In this document: one piece after another, positions 8,095 to 17,670 of the stretch
Numbering within the stretch: position 1 is the stretch's first letter
Layout: every line of letters starts with the position of its first letter
Assembly: GCA_964476235.1 (NCBI GenBank)
Contig: CAYYZZ010000001.1
Location: forward strand, 1 to 53,726
Direction: 5' to 3'
Length of the DNA: 53,726 nucleotides
Source: an uncultured Streptomycetaceae bacterium
GTDB lineage: Bacteria > Pseudomonadota > Gammaproteobacteria > Burkholderiales > SG8-41
The notes under the pieces: model-generated
Database searches by the model: none
What the model saw: the letters and a program-made list of their open reading frames with translations, nothing else
What the model was told of the DNA's origin: nothing
Position numbers and translations under genes: made by a program

Positions 8095-9852
8095 ATGTTG
8101 GGCAATCTTCTCAAGTCGCTGCTGCAACATCCCCTGCGCGGCCGGCGCGCAAGGCGCGCGAAGTCGCTGTTCGAAACGGGGATGGCGCAGCAGCAGTCGC
8201 AGGATTACGAAAACGCGCGCCGCAGCTTTGAGCAGTCGGTCGATCTCGATCCCGATAACGCGGATGCCCATCTCTGGCTCGGAATAATGCTTGCCAGGGA
8301 CAGCCAGTCCTATGCCGCATCGGTACGGCATCTCGAGCGCGCGCTTACCCTGAATCCCGCCATCGAAAACGGCTGGATCGATCTTGGAACCGTCTATTAT
8401 TTCCAGCGCGACCTCGTCAAGGCAGGCGCAGGTTTTCGCGCGGCGCTTGCCGCGGATCCCGACTCGGTAATGGCCCGGCTCAATCTTGGGGTTGTCCTCA
8501 AGGAAAGCGGCCGCCTCGAGGAAGCGCTCGGTCACCTGCGGCGCGTCTATGATCTGGCGCCGGAGGCGGAAGGAACCTTGCGAAATCTGGTGGCGACGCT
8601 GATCGAGGCTGACCTGTGCGATGAGGCACAGTCCGTCGCCGCCGGAGCCGTCCAGCGCAATCCGTCCAGTTATGAAACGCACAAGTATCATGGATTGGCG
8701 CATCAGAAGCTGCACGACCCGGTGCGGGCGCTTGCCTGTTACGACACGGCGCTAAAGATGCGCGCGGATGATGCCGAGCTTCATGACCATCGCGGCGTCG
8801 CGTTCCTCGAGCTCGGGAAGCTGCCGGAAGCGATCGAATGCTATGAGCGCGCGCTGGCGCTGCGACCGGATTTCTCGCTATCGGCTTTTCATCGGGCCCT
8901 GACGCGGCTCCTGCTCGCGGACTACCGGAATGGGTGGGACGACTACGAATTGCGCCAGCTCAACCAGGACTACCTGCAGCGTCAGGGCGCGTACCCGGGC
9001 TGGGATGGATCGTCTCTTGCCGGCCGCACCATCCTGATTTATCGCGAACAGGGGCTGGGTGATGAAATCATGTTTGCCTCTTGCCTGCCGCAGCTAATAG
9101 GGGCGGCTGGGCATTGCATCATCGAATGCGAGCCCCGGTTACTCGATCTCTTCCGCCGCTCGTTCCCGGCCGCGACAGTATATGCATCGACCCCGGACGG
9201 CAGCTTGCCTCAGGAGATAGCGGGGCGCGATATCGACCTCTCGATTCCCGCGGGCAGCATACCGCGCTTTCTCCGGAGGGACCTTGGCGATTTTCCCCGC
9301 CACAATGGTTATCTCAAGGCCGATCCGGCGCGTGTCGCCCACTGGCGCGAGCGGCTGTCGCAACTGGGGCCCGGCCTCAAGGTGGGCGTCTCCTGGGCGG
9401 GCGGTGTGCGCAAGACGCGACGGGCGTTACGCTCCCTCCCGCTCGATCGATGGCTGCCGATACTCCAGACGCCCGGTGCGCGATTCATCAGCCTTCAGTA
9501 CACCGCCGATGCCGGTGAAGCGATCGCCGCATTGCAGAACCGGCACGGCGTGCGGATCGAACATTGGACCGAAGCCGTCGATGATTACGGAGAAACCGCG
9601 GCGCTGGTAACCTCTCTTGATCTCGTGATCAGCGTGTGCACGGCCGTTATCCATCTGGGCGGGGCGCTCGGCCGGCCGGTGTGGGTGATGGCGCCCTATA
9701 GCCCCGAATGGCGCTACGGGTTCTCGGGCGATACTATGCCGTGGTATCCCTCGGTGCGAGTCTTCAGACAGCCCGCGTTCGGCGAGTGGGAGCCGGTGAC
9801 GGCGTCGGTCGCCGCCGAATTGGGGCACCTGGCCGGCGCGTCCGCCGGCTGA
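8095..9852 (+). CDS. TPR-repeat protein with C-terminal GT9 (heptosyltransferase)-like domain
   Basis: 585 aa. The N-terminal half is made of TPR-like repeats (e.g. YENARRSFEQSVDLDPDNADAH). The C-terminal half has ILIYREQGLGDEIMF, a signature I associate with glycosyltransferase family 9. Confidence 0.7.
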   Translation: MLGNLLKSLLQHPLRGRRARRAKSLFETGMAQQQSQDYENARRSFEQSVDLDPDNADAHLWLGIMLARDSQSYAASVRHLERALTLNPAIENGWIDLGTVYYFQRDLVKAGAGFRAALAADPDSVMARLNLGVVLKESGRLEEALGHLRRVYDLAPEAEGTLRNLVATLIEADLCDEAQSVAAGAVQRNPSSYETHKYHGLAHQKLHDPVRALACYDTALKMRADDAELHDHRGVAFLELGKLPEAIECYERALALRPDFSLSAFHRALTRLLLADYRNGWDDYELRQLNQDYLQRQGAYPGWDGSSLAGRTILIYREQGLGDEIMFASCLPQLIGAAGHCIIECEPRLLDLFRRSFPAATVYASTPDGSLPQEIAGRDIDLSIPAGSIPRFLRRDLGDFPRHNGYLKADPARVAHWRERLSQLGPGLKVGVSWAGGVRKTRRALRSLPLDRWLPILQTPGARFISLQYTADAGEAIAALQNRHGVRIEHWTEAVDDYGETAALVTSLDLVISVCTAVIHLGGALGRPVWVMAPYSPEWRYGFSGDTMPWYPSVRVFRQPAFGEWEPVTASVAAELGHLAGASAG

Positions 9853-9960
9853 GGGATTCTTGATTGCGCAATCCCCGTTGGCGGGTGAGAGCCGGTGTGG
9901 AATGCCACAGCCGGATAATCTGACGCGTCATCCAATGGCCGCTTGAAATCCAGAACCATC

Positions 9961-12942
9961 ATGACCCAATCCATTCCCCGCAGCTGGTTCTTCGCGCTGT
10001 TCACGTTCTCGGGGTTCGCCGGCCTGATCTACGAGTCGATCTGGAGCCATTACATCAAGCTTTTCCTCGGCCACGCTGCCTATGCGCAGACGCTGGTGCT
10101 CGCGATTTTCATGGGCGGCATGGCGCTCGGCTCCTGGTTGTGCAGCCGCTATTCGGCGCGCTGGCGCAACCTGTTGATAGGCTATGCGGCCGCCGAGGCA
10201 GCGATCGGGCTCTGCGCGCTCGTGTTCCACCGGGTATTCGTGGCGGCCACCGATGCCGCCTACGACAGCATCATGCCGGGGCTCGGCAATCCGCACGCGG
10301 TAAACGCATTCAAATGGGCGCTGTCCGCGCTGTTCGTGCTGCCGCAATCGGTGCTGCTCGGGATGACATTCCCGCTGATGAGCGCCGGATTGATCCGCGG
10401 CTATCCCGACAGCACCGGCGGCACCATCGCGATGCTCTACTTCACCAACAGCCTGGGGGCGGCGGCGGGGGTGCTCGCGAGCGGCTTCGTGCTGATTGCC
10501 TGGGTCGGCCTGCCGGGCACGATCCTTACGGCGGGCATACTCAACATCCTGCTCGCGCTGCTCGTATGGGCGCTGGCAAAGAACATGGAATTTGCTCCCC
10601 CGATCCCGGCACGGATCGAGTCCGGCGAGCGCAATTCCCAAGGCTACGCGCTGATGCTGGGGGTGGCCCTGCTGACGGGCGCGGCTTCCTTTATTTACGA
10701 GATCGGCTGGATCCGGATGCTCAGCATGGTGCTCGGGAGCTCTACCCATGCCTTCGAGCTCATGCTGTCCGCCTTCATCCTCGGGCTCGCGTTTGGCGGC
10801 CTCTGGATCAAGCGACGCATCGATGGCATTGCCGTTCCCGAGCGCTACCTCGGCGTAGTTCAGGTCGCAATGGGGTTGTTCGCGCTCCTGACCCTGGTGG
10901 TCTATGGCTACACGTTCGAGATCATGCAATGGCTGCTCGGGTCGCTGGCACGGACCGATTCCGGCTACGTGGCGTTCAATATCGGCAGTCACCTGATTGC
11001 GCTGCTGGTGATGTTCCCGGCCGCGTTCTGCGCCGGCATGACGCTGCCGCTGATCACTCATGTCCTGCTGCGGCGGGGGACAGGGGAGCGCGCGATCGGA
11101 GCGGTTTACGCCGCGAATACCATCGGCGCGATAATCGGCGTGTTCGCCGCAGTGCATGTCGGCCTGCCGGTGCTGGGGCTCAAGGGCCTGATATCGGCCG
11201 GGGCGGCCGTGGACATCGGGCTCGGGTTGTTGCTGCTGTGGTGGACCGCAAAAGGCAGCCGCCTGCCGGCCTATGCGACTGCCGTTGGCGTGGCCGGCGT
11301 CGTGGCGACCCTCGTCTTCGTGCAACTCGACCCGTACAAGATGGCCTCCGGCGTCTACCGCCATGGCGCGTTGCTGACCCATGACAAGGCCGAGATCCTG
11401 TTTCACCACGACGGCAAGACCGCGACCGTCAACCTGGTCAGAACAGCGGAGCGCATATCCATTCACACCAACGGCAAATCCGATGCCGCGCTCCATCCCG
11501 GCGGCGGGGTTGCGCCGGACGAAGCGACGATGGTCCTGACCGCGGCGCTGCCTCTCGCGTACCAGCCCGGCGCCGGGACGGCGGCCAATATCGGCTTCGG
11601 GTCCGGGCTTTCCAGCCACGTGCTGCTCGCGTCGGGCACGATACGCGAGGTCGACACCATCGAGATCGAATCGGCGATGGTGGAGGCCGCCCGCGGCTTC
11701 AGCCCGCGCAACGACAACGTCTACCGGGACCCGCGCAGCCACATCCACATCGAGGACGCGAAGACCTTCTTTTCAATGCACAACAAGCGCTATGACATCA
11801 TCGCCTCGGAGCCGTCAAACCCCTGGGTGAGCGGGGTAGCGAGCCTGTTCACCGACGAGTTCTACCGGCGCGTCAAGCGGCACCTCAATGACGATGGCGT
11901 ATTCGTGCAGTGGATGCAGCTCTACGAGATCAGCCCGGCCCTGGTCGCGTCGGTCTTCAAGGCGCTCTCGCGGGAGTTTTCCGACTATGCGGCCTATACC
12001 GCCAACAATGTCGATCTCATCATCATCGCTAAAAACGGAGGTACGCTGCCACCCCTGTCCGCCGCGGTGTTTCAGCATCCGCGCCTCGCGGCCGAACTCG
12101 CCCGCATACAGATCAAGAGCATCGCGGACCTGGAGTTACATCGGGTCGGCGGCAAGAGGGCGTTGCAACCGTACTTCGACAGTTTTCCGATTGCGGCCAA
12201 CTCGGATTTTTTCCCGGTGCTCGATCTCAACGCCGCCAAGGCCCGTTTCATGGGCGCGAGCGTGACCGAAGCCATCAATAATCTCGCGATGACCCCGGTT
12301 CCGGCGCTCGAGATGCTCGGCGGGGAGACAGCCCGTGGCAGCGTTACCGGCGCGGCTCGGCCGTGGCTCAGGAAAGCCGGGCTCACGCAGCAGGCCCTGG
12401 CGATTCGCGCTTATTTGCTTGAAGGCCGCCACGAGCAGCTTGATCGCGTTCCGCTGATATCCAGGAGCGACGTGCAACTGGTGCGGATGCTTGCGATCGA
12501 GTGCGCGAATTCGCGGAGCGCCGTCTCGGCGGATCAACTGTACGAAATCGCCATTGCCCTGGTGCCGTTCCTCACGCGAGATGAGTTGCGCGGGGTGTGG
12601 GATAAATTGAAGACCTCGCCCTGCGCCGCGCGGTTGGGGGAGCCGCAGCGGACCTGGCTTGCGCTGTTCGCGGCCGTGAGCGAGCGCGACGCGGGCAATA
12701 TGGTCCAGTTGGCGGAAAAACTGCTGAGGCAGGATGCCGCGCGCAAGGACTATCTGCTGGGGGCCGCTATCACCGGGCACCTCGCCCTTAACGAGCACGA
12801 CAAGGCCGTCAAGTTGTGGAAAGAATTCGCCGGCAGAATCACGAGTTCCCCGAATAACATGCTGCTCGATCTCCTGCGTGGACACCTTTTTTCGCGCCCG
12901 CCGGCAAGCGCGATGGGGCAGGCCGGGAATACCCCCAAGTGA
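9961..12942 (+). CDS. fused polytopic membrane / spermidine synthase-like protein with long helical C-terminal domain
   Basis: The track ORF starts at TTG 9943; ATG 9961 is preferred. About 12 hydrophobic helices are followed by a SpeE-like methyltransferase fold (GFGSGLSSHVLL...YDIIASEPSNPWVSG). A further ~350 aa Ala/Leu-rich region follows. Confidence 0.75.
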   Translation: MTQSIPRSWFFALFTFSGFAGLIYESIWSHYIKLFLGHAAYAQTLVLAIFMGGMALGSWLCSRYSARWRNLLIGYAAAEAAIGLCALVFHRVFVAATDAAYDSIMPGLGNPHAVNAFKWALSALFVLPQSVLLGMTFPLMSAGLIRGYPDSTGGTIAMLYFTNSLGAAAGVLASGFVLIAWVGLPGTILTAGILNILLALLVWALAKNMEFAPPIPARIESGERNSQGYALMLGVALLTGAASFIYEIGWIRMLSMVLGSSTHAFELMLSAFILGLAFGGLWIKRRIDGIAVPERYLGVVQVAMGLFALLTLVVYGYTFEIMQWLLGSLARTDSGYVAFNIGSHLIALLVMFPAAFCAGMTLPLITHVLLRRGTGERAIGAVYAANTIGAIIGVFAAVHVGLPVLGLKGLISAGAAVDIGLGLLLLWWTAKGSRLPAYATAVGVAGVVATLVFVQLDPYKMASGVYRHGALLTHDKAEILFHHDGKTATVNLVRTAERISIHTNGKSDAALHPGGGVAPDEATMVLTAALPLAYQPGAGTAANIGFGSGLSSHVLLASGTIREVDTIEIESAMVEAARGFSPRNDNVYRDPRSHIHIEDAKTFFSMHNKRYDIIASEPSNPWVSGVASLFTDEFYRRVKRHLNDDGVFVQWMQLYEISPALVASVFKALSREFSDYAAYTANNVDLIIIAKNGGTLPPLSAAVFQHPRLAAELARIQIKSIADLELHRVGGKRALQPYFDSFPIAANSDFFPVLDLNAAKARFMGASVTEAINNLAMTPVPALEMLGGETARGSVTGAARPWLRKAGLTQQALAIRAYLLEGRHEQLDRVPLISRSDVQLVRMLAIECANSRSAVSADQLYEIAIALVPFLTRDELRGVWDKLKTSPCAARLGEPQRTWLALFAAVSERDAGNMVQLAEKLLRQDAARKDYLLGAAITGHLALNEHDKAVKLWKEFAGRITSSPNNMLLDLLRGHLFSRPPASAMGQAGNTPK

Positions 12943-13069
12943 CGTTTTTCGTCACTTATTGACCGAGGCCGAACACGTAATCAAGCCTCGGAGACCTGAA
13001 ACAGCCGGAAAAGGTGGAAAGGGTTCGAGAGGGCGGCAATTTGCCACGTTTTTTGCCGCTGGGGATAGA

Positions 13070-13084
13070 TGGCATGAAGTTTGC
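13070..13084 (+). promoter_or_regulatory. sigma54 (-24/-12) type promoter upstream of pilin 1
   Basis: TGGCAT-GAAGT-TTGC matches the TGGCAC-N5-TTGC spacing exactly and sits ~70 nt upstream of ATG 13154. Major pilin genes of Pseudomonas-type T4P are RpoN/PilR dependent. Confidence 0.55.
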
Positions 13085-13153
13085 GTTCGCAGAGGGAGCG
13101 AGCAATGAAAATTGCTTGATTTTTAGATGGTTAACCACAAAAGGAGTGTCTCA

Positions 13154-13585
13154 ATGAGTTACGTTCAAAAAGGCTTTACGCTGATCGAACTGATGATCGT
13201 GGTCGCGATCATCGGCATTCTGGCGGCGGTGGCGATCCCGGCGTACCAGGACTACATCGCGCGCGCGCAAGTGTCGGAAGCGGTGAGTCTGACGGCGGGC
13301 GGCAAGACCCCGTTGGCGGAGTTCTTCGCCGACAAGGGTGTCTGGCCGTCGACCGCGAGCGATGTCATGGGCAATATCGCTGGCAAGTACGTGAGCACGA
13401 TCACGATTATTGCCGGTGCTAGCACCAACACCGCGATCAGCCTGGAAGCGCGGATCATGAACGTCGGCGTCAACTCCGCCATCACCGGGGCGACGCTGAT
13501 CTTGACCAGTTTAGACGGCAAGGTATGGGATTGCACGTTGGGTACCGTTGGCGTCAAGTACCGTCCTGCGGCGTGCCGTACGTAA
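13154..13585 (+). CDS. pilA: type IVa major pilin (copy 1)
   Basis: AAGGAG lies 8 nt upstream of ATG 13154. The protein starts [34 protein letters not shown], a class III prepilin leader with G/F cleavage site and conserved E5. The C-terminus has a Cys...Cys disulfide loop (WDCT...PAACRT). Confidence 0.92.
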   Translation: MSYVQKGFTLIELMIVVAIIGILAAVAIPAYQDYIARAQVSEAVSLTAGGKTPLAEFFADKGVWPSTASDVMGNIAGKYVSTITIIAGASTNTAISLEARIMNVGVNSAITGATLILTSLDGKVWDCTLGTVGVKYRPAACRT

Positions 13586-13609
13586 CAGCATGACCGGCGT
13601 TTGAATACG

Positions 13610-13637
13610 AAGCCCGCCGCGAGGCGGGCTTCTTTTC
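13610..13637 (+). terminator. rho-independent terminator after pilin 1
   Basis: AGCCCGCC-GCGA-GGCGGGCT stem-loop followed by TCTTTTC. Confidence 0.8.
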
Positions 13638-13687
13638 GAGCAAGCCTGATTCGAAATCAGGATCGAGAATTGAAGGGGACGATCAGG

Positions 13688-14113
13688 ATGCTACAAAGAG
13701 GCTTTACATTGGTCGAACTGATGATCGTGGTCGCGATCATCGGCATTCTGGCGGCGGTGGCGATCCCGGCGTACCAGGACTACATCGCGCGCGCGCAAGT
13801 GTCGGAAGCGGTGAGCCTGACTACCAGCAGCAAGACGCCATTGTCCGAGTTCTTCGGCGACAAGGGTATCTGGCCGTCGACCGCGAGCGATGTCATGGGC
13901 AATATCTCCGGCAAGTACGTGAGCGCGGTCACGATCACGGCCGGCAACGGCACCACCGGCCAGGTCAGCCTGGAAGCGCGGATCAAGAACGTCGGCGTCA
14001 ACACCGCCATCGCGGGCGGGACGCTGATATTGACCAGCTCCGACGGCAAGGTGTGGGATTGCACGACAGGGACTATTAGCGCCAAATACCGTCCCGCGGC
14101 GTGCCGGCTGTAA
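13688..14113 (+). CDS. type IVa major pilin (copy 2, tandem paralog)
   Basis: ATG 13688 gives [32 protein letters not shown]. It is near-identical at the nucleotide level to copy 1 over the first ~150 nt, then alternates conserved and diverged blocks. It has the same C-terminal WDCT...PAACRL loop. Confidence 0.9.
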   Translation: MLQRGFTLVELMIVVAIIGILAAVAIPAYQDYIARAQVSEAVSLTTSSKTPLSEFFGDKGIWPSTASDVMGNISGKYVSAVTITAGNGTTGQVSLEARIKNVGVNTAIAGGTLILTSSDGKVWDCTTGTISAKYRPAACRL

Positions 14114-14141
14114 TTAATCGCTTGACTGGCATGTGAACAAG

Positions 14142-14171
14142 AAGCCCGCCGCGAGGCGGGCTTCTTTTTTT
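14142..14171 (+). terminator. rho-independent terminator after pilin 2 (duplicate of 13610-13637)
   Basis: Identical AGCCCGCC-GCGA-GGCGGGCT stem followed by a T run. Confidence 0.8.
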
Positions 14172-14537
14172 GAGCGGGGCTCGAAGAGAATCAGCCGGAA
14201 TGCAATTACTCGACGCTGCCGGCTTCAGGTTGCCGCTGAGCCACCCGACATCCACCGACGGCAACTTCGTCCTGGGATACTTCATCCCACAGGCAACGTG
14301 CTCGATGGGATGCGCCCTTTCCTGCAGAACATCGAACGGATTCGCAGCCATGCTTTGCCGCAGGCGCCGGTAAAGGGGGAATAAACGATGAGACCGGGAG
14401 CGGAGTGCCGCTGCCCTGCGCCGCCATGTCCGGCACGGCGGCGCGGGTTTGCGGGGCATGGCGTGCCTTGCTATCCTTCGGGACAGTCGCTGCCCCGCCT
14501 GGAAGCCCGAGACAGCCGGATAACCTCCTGAAGCCAC

Positions 14538-15194
14538 ATGAGTTACAGCCGCGCCCATCCCAGCTCGCGTTATCTCGAGCTGCAAAATCTTTACCGCACC
14601 ATGCACGAGCGGGGAGAAAGCTTTCTCGGTATGCCGCCCGAGCAGACTTTTCCGGGCTCAAGCTTGCGCCCGCAGGCCGAGCGCATCAAGCGGCTCATAG
14701 TCCAGACCGGGGCGCTCGCCGTGCTCGATTACGGCAGCGGCAAGGGCAGGCAGTACGAATCGAATGCCATCCGCGAGGACGCGGGCAAAGCGTGGCCGAG
14801 CGTGATTGATTTCTGGGGCGTGGATGAAGTGGTGTGCTACGACCCGTGCTACGCGCCGTACTGCAAGCTGCCCAGCGGCACGTTCGACGGTGTGATCTGC
14901 ACCGACGTGCTCGAGCATTGTCCGGAAGAGGACATCCCCTGGATCATCGAGGAGATCTTTTCCTACGCAACCCGGTTCGTGTTCGCCAACGTCGCTTGTT
15001 ACCCGGCGCGCAAGCGGCTGCCCACCGGTGAGAACGCGCATTGCACCATCAGGCCGGTGGAGTGGTGGAGAACGCTGATCGAGGGCATCGCGGAGCGGCG
15101 CCCTGGTGTCGTCTGGGAGGTGTGGATCCAGTCGCGCGTGGACGGGCCGCAGGGTGCGCAGTACGTCGAAGAAAAGTTGGGTAACGCAACGTGA
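14538..15194 (+). CDS. class I SAM-dependent methyltransferase
   Basis: 218 aa with motif I VLDYGSGKG and DGVICTDVLEH. Confidence 0.75.
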   Translation: MSYSRAHPSSRYLELQNLYRTMHERGESFLGMPPEQTFPGSSLRPQAERIKRLIVQTGALAVLDYGSGKGRQYESNAIREDAGKAWPSVIDFWGVDEVVCYDPCYAPYCKLPSGTFDGVICTDVLEHCPEEDIPWIIEEIFSYATRFVFANVACYPARKRLPTGENAHCTIRPVEWWRTLIEGIAERRPGVVWEVWIQSRVDGPQGAQYVEEKLGNAT

Positions 15195-15874
15195 TCAAGG
15201 TTTTCATTGGATACGATCCGCGCGAGGCGGTTGCCTTCAGCGTCCTTTCCTACAGCATCCAGGCGCGCGCCTCCGCCCCGGTCTCGGTCTCCCCGCTCAT
15301 GCTCTCGCAGCTGAAAGGCATCCTGACGCGCGAGCGGCACCCCCTGCAGAGCACGGACTTCTCGTTCTCGCGATTTCTCACGCCGCACCTGTCCGGCTAT
15401 GACGGATGGTCGGTGTTCATGGACTGCGACATGCTGATGCTGGACGACATCGCCCGTCTCTACGCGTTATGCGACGACCGCTGCGCGGTCATGGCGGTCA
15501 AGCACGACCACGTGCCGAAGGAAACGACGAAGTTTTTTGGGGAGCCGCAAAGCAAGTACGAGAAGAAGAACTGGTCGAGCGTCATGCTGTTCAACAACGC
15601 AAAATGCCGCGCCCTGACGCCCGATTATGTGAATACGGCATCGGGGCTCGAACTGCACCAGTTCAAATGGCTCGCCAATGACGACCTCATCGGCGCGCTG
15701 CCGGACCGCTGGAACCACCTCGTGGGCTACAGCCCGCCGCGCAAGGACGCCGCGCTCGTGCATTACACGCTGGGCGGCCCGTACTTCGACGGCTACCGGG
15801 ATTGCGAGTACTCGAAAGAATGGTTCGCTGAGCGCGACTCGATGCTGCGCGTGGCTGCGCCCGTCAGATCTTAG
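15191..15874 (+). CDS. putative glycosyltransferase (GT8-like, DxD)
   Basis: 227 aa. The GTG start overlaps the methyltransferase stop (GTGA at 15191-15194). FMDCDMLMLDD is a DxD-type motif in a Rossmann-like N-terminal half. Confidence 0.55.
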   Translation: MIKVFIGYDPREAVAFSVLSYSIQARASAPVSVSPLMLSQLKGILTRERHPLQSTDFSFSRFLTPHLSGYDGWSVFMDCDMLMLDDIARLYALCDDRCAVMAVKHDHVPKETTKFFGEPQSKYEKKNWSSVMLFNNAKCRALTPDYVNTASGLELHQFKWLANDDLIGALPDRWNHLVGYSPPRKDAALVHYTLGGPYFDGYRDCEYSKEWFAERDSMLRVAAPVRS

Positions 15875-15916
15875 AGGCTGCTTCAGAAAGAACGAAGCAA
15901 CCCCTGGTGTGGGGGG

Positions 15917-15940
15917 CATGAGGGGAGTATCCCCTCATAT
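15917..15940. repeat. palindrome CATGAGGGGA-GTA-TCCCCTCAT (family also at 46145-46178)
   Basis: 9-bp perfect stem between the convergent glycosyltransferase and soxB genes. It could act as a bidirectional terminator. Confidence 0.7.
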
Positions 15941-15951
15941 CATATAGATGC

Positions 15952-17670
15952 TTAGGACAGGCCCGGGTTGCCCTGCACCCCGGATAGCGCCGGCCGGCCG
16001 GGCTTTAGCGGGCGCACCACCTTGCGTGCGCGCAGGTAGCCGGAGACGACCTCCCAGACGGGCTCGCCGCTTGCCCCTTCCGCGACGGGCGCCCAGCTCG
16101 CTACCTTGTAGCGCCTGCCGGCCTCGACCGGCTTGCCGTTCAATGTCATGCCGTCGATGCGCGCGCCGATTTTTTGTGTCGGATTGCAGCGGTAGCGCAT
16201 GCCGCCCACGCGCACCATGTCGCCGCCCTGCTGGTAGTAGGGATCCGGGTTGAACAAATTGTCGCAGACGTCCTCGAGGATGTTCTTGATGGCCTCTCCG
16301 GTCAGCTCGCTCGTCGTGACATGGGGATAGGTGATCGCGGTCTGATCCATCACGTGCTCCAGGGTGATGGTCTGCCCGGGCAACAGGGTTGTCCCCCAGC
16401 GAAAGCCCGGCGAGAACGCGATTTCGGCGCCTTTCACTTCCATCAGCGCGTCGAGGATCAACTGGTCGAAAGTGCCGGTGAAGTTGCCGCGGCGGTAGAG
16501 CAGGCCTTCCGTCACGGCGAGCTTCTCGGAGAGCTTCTGCCCGTACGGGGCCCGCACGCGCTGGATCAGTTCCGCCATTTCCGCATCGGGTTTGAGGAGG
16601 TCGGCGAACACCGGCAGCAGCCGGTAGCGGCAGTCCCGCATTTTTCCGCCGCTGACTTCGATGTCGGCCAAGGCGAGGAACTTGCCGTTGGACCCGGCGT
16701 TGGTGACGAGTGTCCGCCCGCCGCGGTTCGCGACCGGCACCGGCTCCGGCACCGCGTCATGCGTGTGGCCGCCCAGAATGAGATCGATCCCCGTGACGCG
16801 AGAGGCCAGCTTGAGGTCCACGTCCATGCCGTTGTGCGAGAGCAGCACCACGACCCGCGCGCCTTTCCGGAGCGCCTCGTCCACCACCTGTTGCAGGCTT
16901 TCCTCCTGTATGCCGAAGGTCCATTCCGCGACGAAATGGCGTGGGTTGGCGATAGGGGTGTAGGGGAATGCCTGGCCGATGATCGCGACCGGGGTGCCGT
17001 TCACTTCGCGCATTACGTAGGGCTTGAACACCGGGTCGCCGAAATCAGCGGTCCTGACGTTCTGGGCAATGAACTCGGTGCGGCCCTTGAGATCTTTCTC
17101 GATCACCTCCTTCACGCGCGCGGCGCCGTAAGTGAATTCCCAGTGGCCCGTCATCACGTCGATATTCAGCAGCCTGGAGGCGTCTATCATGTCCTGGCCG
17201 CGGGTCCAGAGGGAGGTCGCCGAGCCCTGCCAGTTGTCCCCGCCATCGAGCAGCAGCGCCCCAGGGCGCTGGGCGCGGACCTGTTTCACCAGCGTTGCCA
17301 GATGGGCGAATCCACCGGCCCGCCCGAAGCGCCGCGCGGCGTGCTCGAAATCGAGATGAGTGTAGGCGTGGGCATACCGCGTTTTCGGGCTGATCCGGAA
17401 ATGCCTGAGCAAGGCCTCACCCACGAGATGCGGCGGCCTGCCCCTGGCCTCGAAGAGCCCGATGTTGACGTCGGGCTCGCGGAAGTAGGCGGGCAGCAGT
17501 TGCGCGTGGCAGTCGGTGAAGTGGAGGAGGCTGACGCTGCCGGCGCCCGGCGGCGGCAGATCATAGAACGCGTCGGCGCGTGCGGCAGCCCCGGCCTGCT
17601 CGCTCAACGGCAGACCGTAGGCCGACGCGACCGCCAGCATCTGCAGGAATTCACGCCGCGGGATAGCCAT
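15952..17670 (-). CDS. soxB: thiosulfohydrolase SoxB
   Basis: Start moved to the Met preceding the Tat motif (MAIPRREFLQ). Metallophosphoesterase / 5'-nucleotidase motifs are present: HFTDCHAQ, GDNWQGS, GHWEF, SHNGMDVD, GGHTHD. Confidence 0.92.
   Translation of the reverse strand: MAIPRREFLQMLAVASAYGLPLSEQAGAAARADAFYDLPPPGAGSVSLLHFTDCHAQLLPAYFREPDVNIGLFEARGRPPHLVGEALLRHFRISPKTRYAHAYTHLDFEHAARRFGRAGGFAHLATLVKQVRAQRPGALLLDGGDNWQGSATSLWTRGQDMIDASRLLNIDVMTGHWEFTYGAARVKEVIEKDLKGRTEFIAQNVRTADFGDPVFKPYVMREVNGTPVAIIGQAFPYTPIANPRHFVAEWTFGIQEESLQQVVDEALRKGARVVVLLSHNGMDVDLKLASRVTGIDLILGGHTHDAVPEPVPVANRGGRTLVTNAGSNGKFLALADIEVSGGKMRDCRYRLLPVFADLLKPDAEMAELIQRVRAPYGQKLSEKLAVTEGLLYRRGNFTGTFDQLILDALMEVKGAEIAFSPGFRWGTTLLPGQTITLEHVMDQTAITYPHVTTSELTGEAIKNILEDVCDNLFNPDPYYQQGGDMVRVGGMRYRCNPTQKIGARIDGMTLNGKPVEAGRRYKVASWAPVAEGASGEPVWEVVSGYLRARKVVRPLKPGRPALSGVQGNPGLS

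Noticed and set aside
14076-14606. 176-aa minus-strand ORF and the 83-aa and 67-aa plus-strand ORFs in the gap after pilin 2.
   Set aside because: They run through the rho-independent terminator and the antisense strand of the pilin and methyltransferase genes. They lack coding-like codon bias and motifs.
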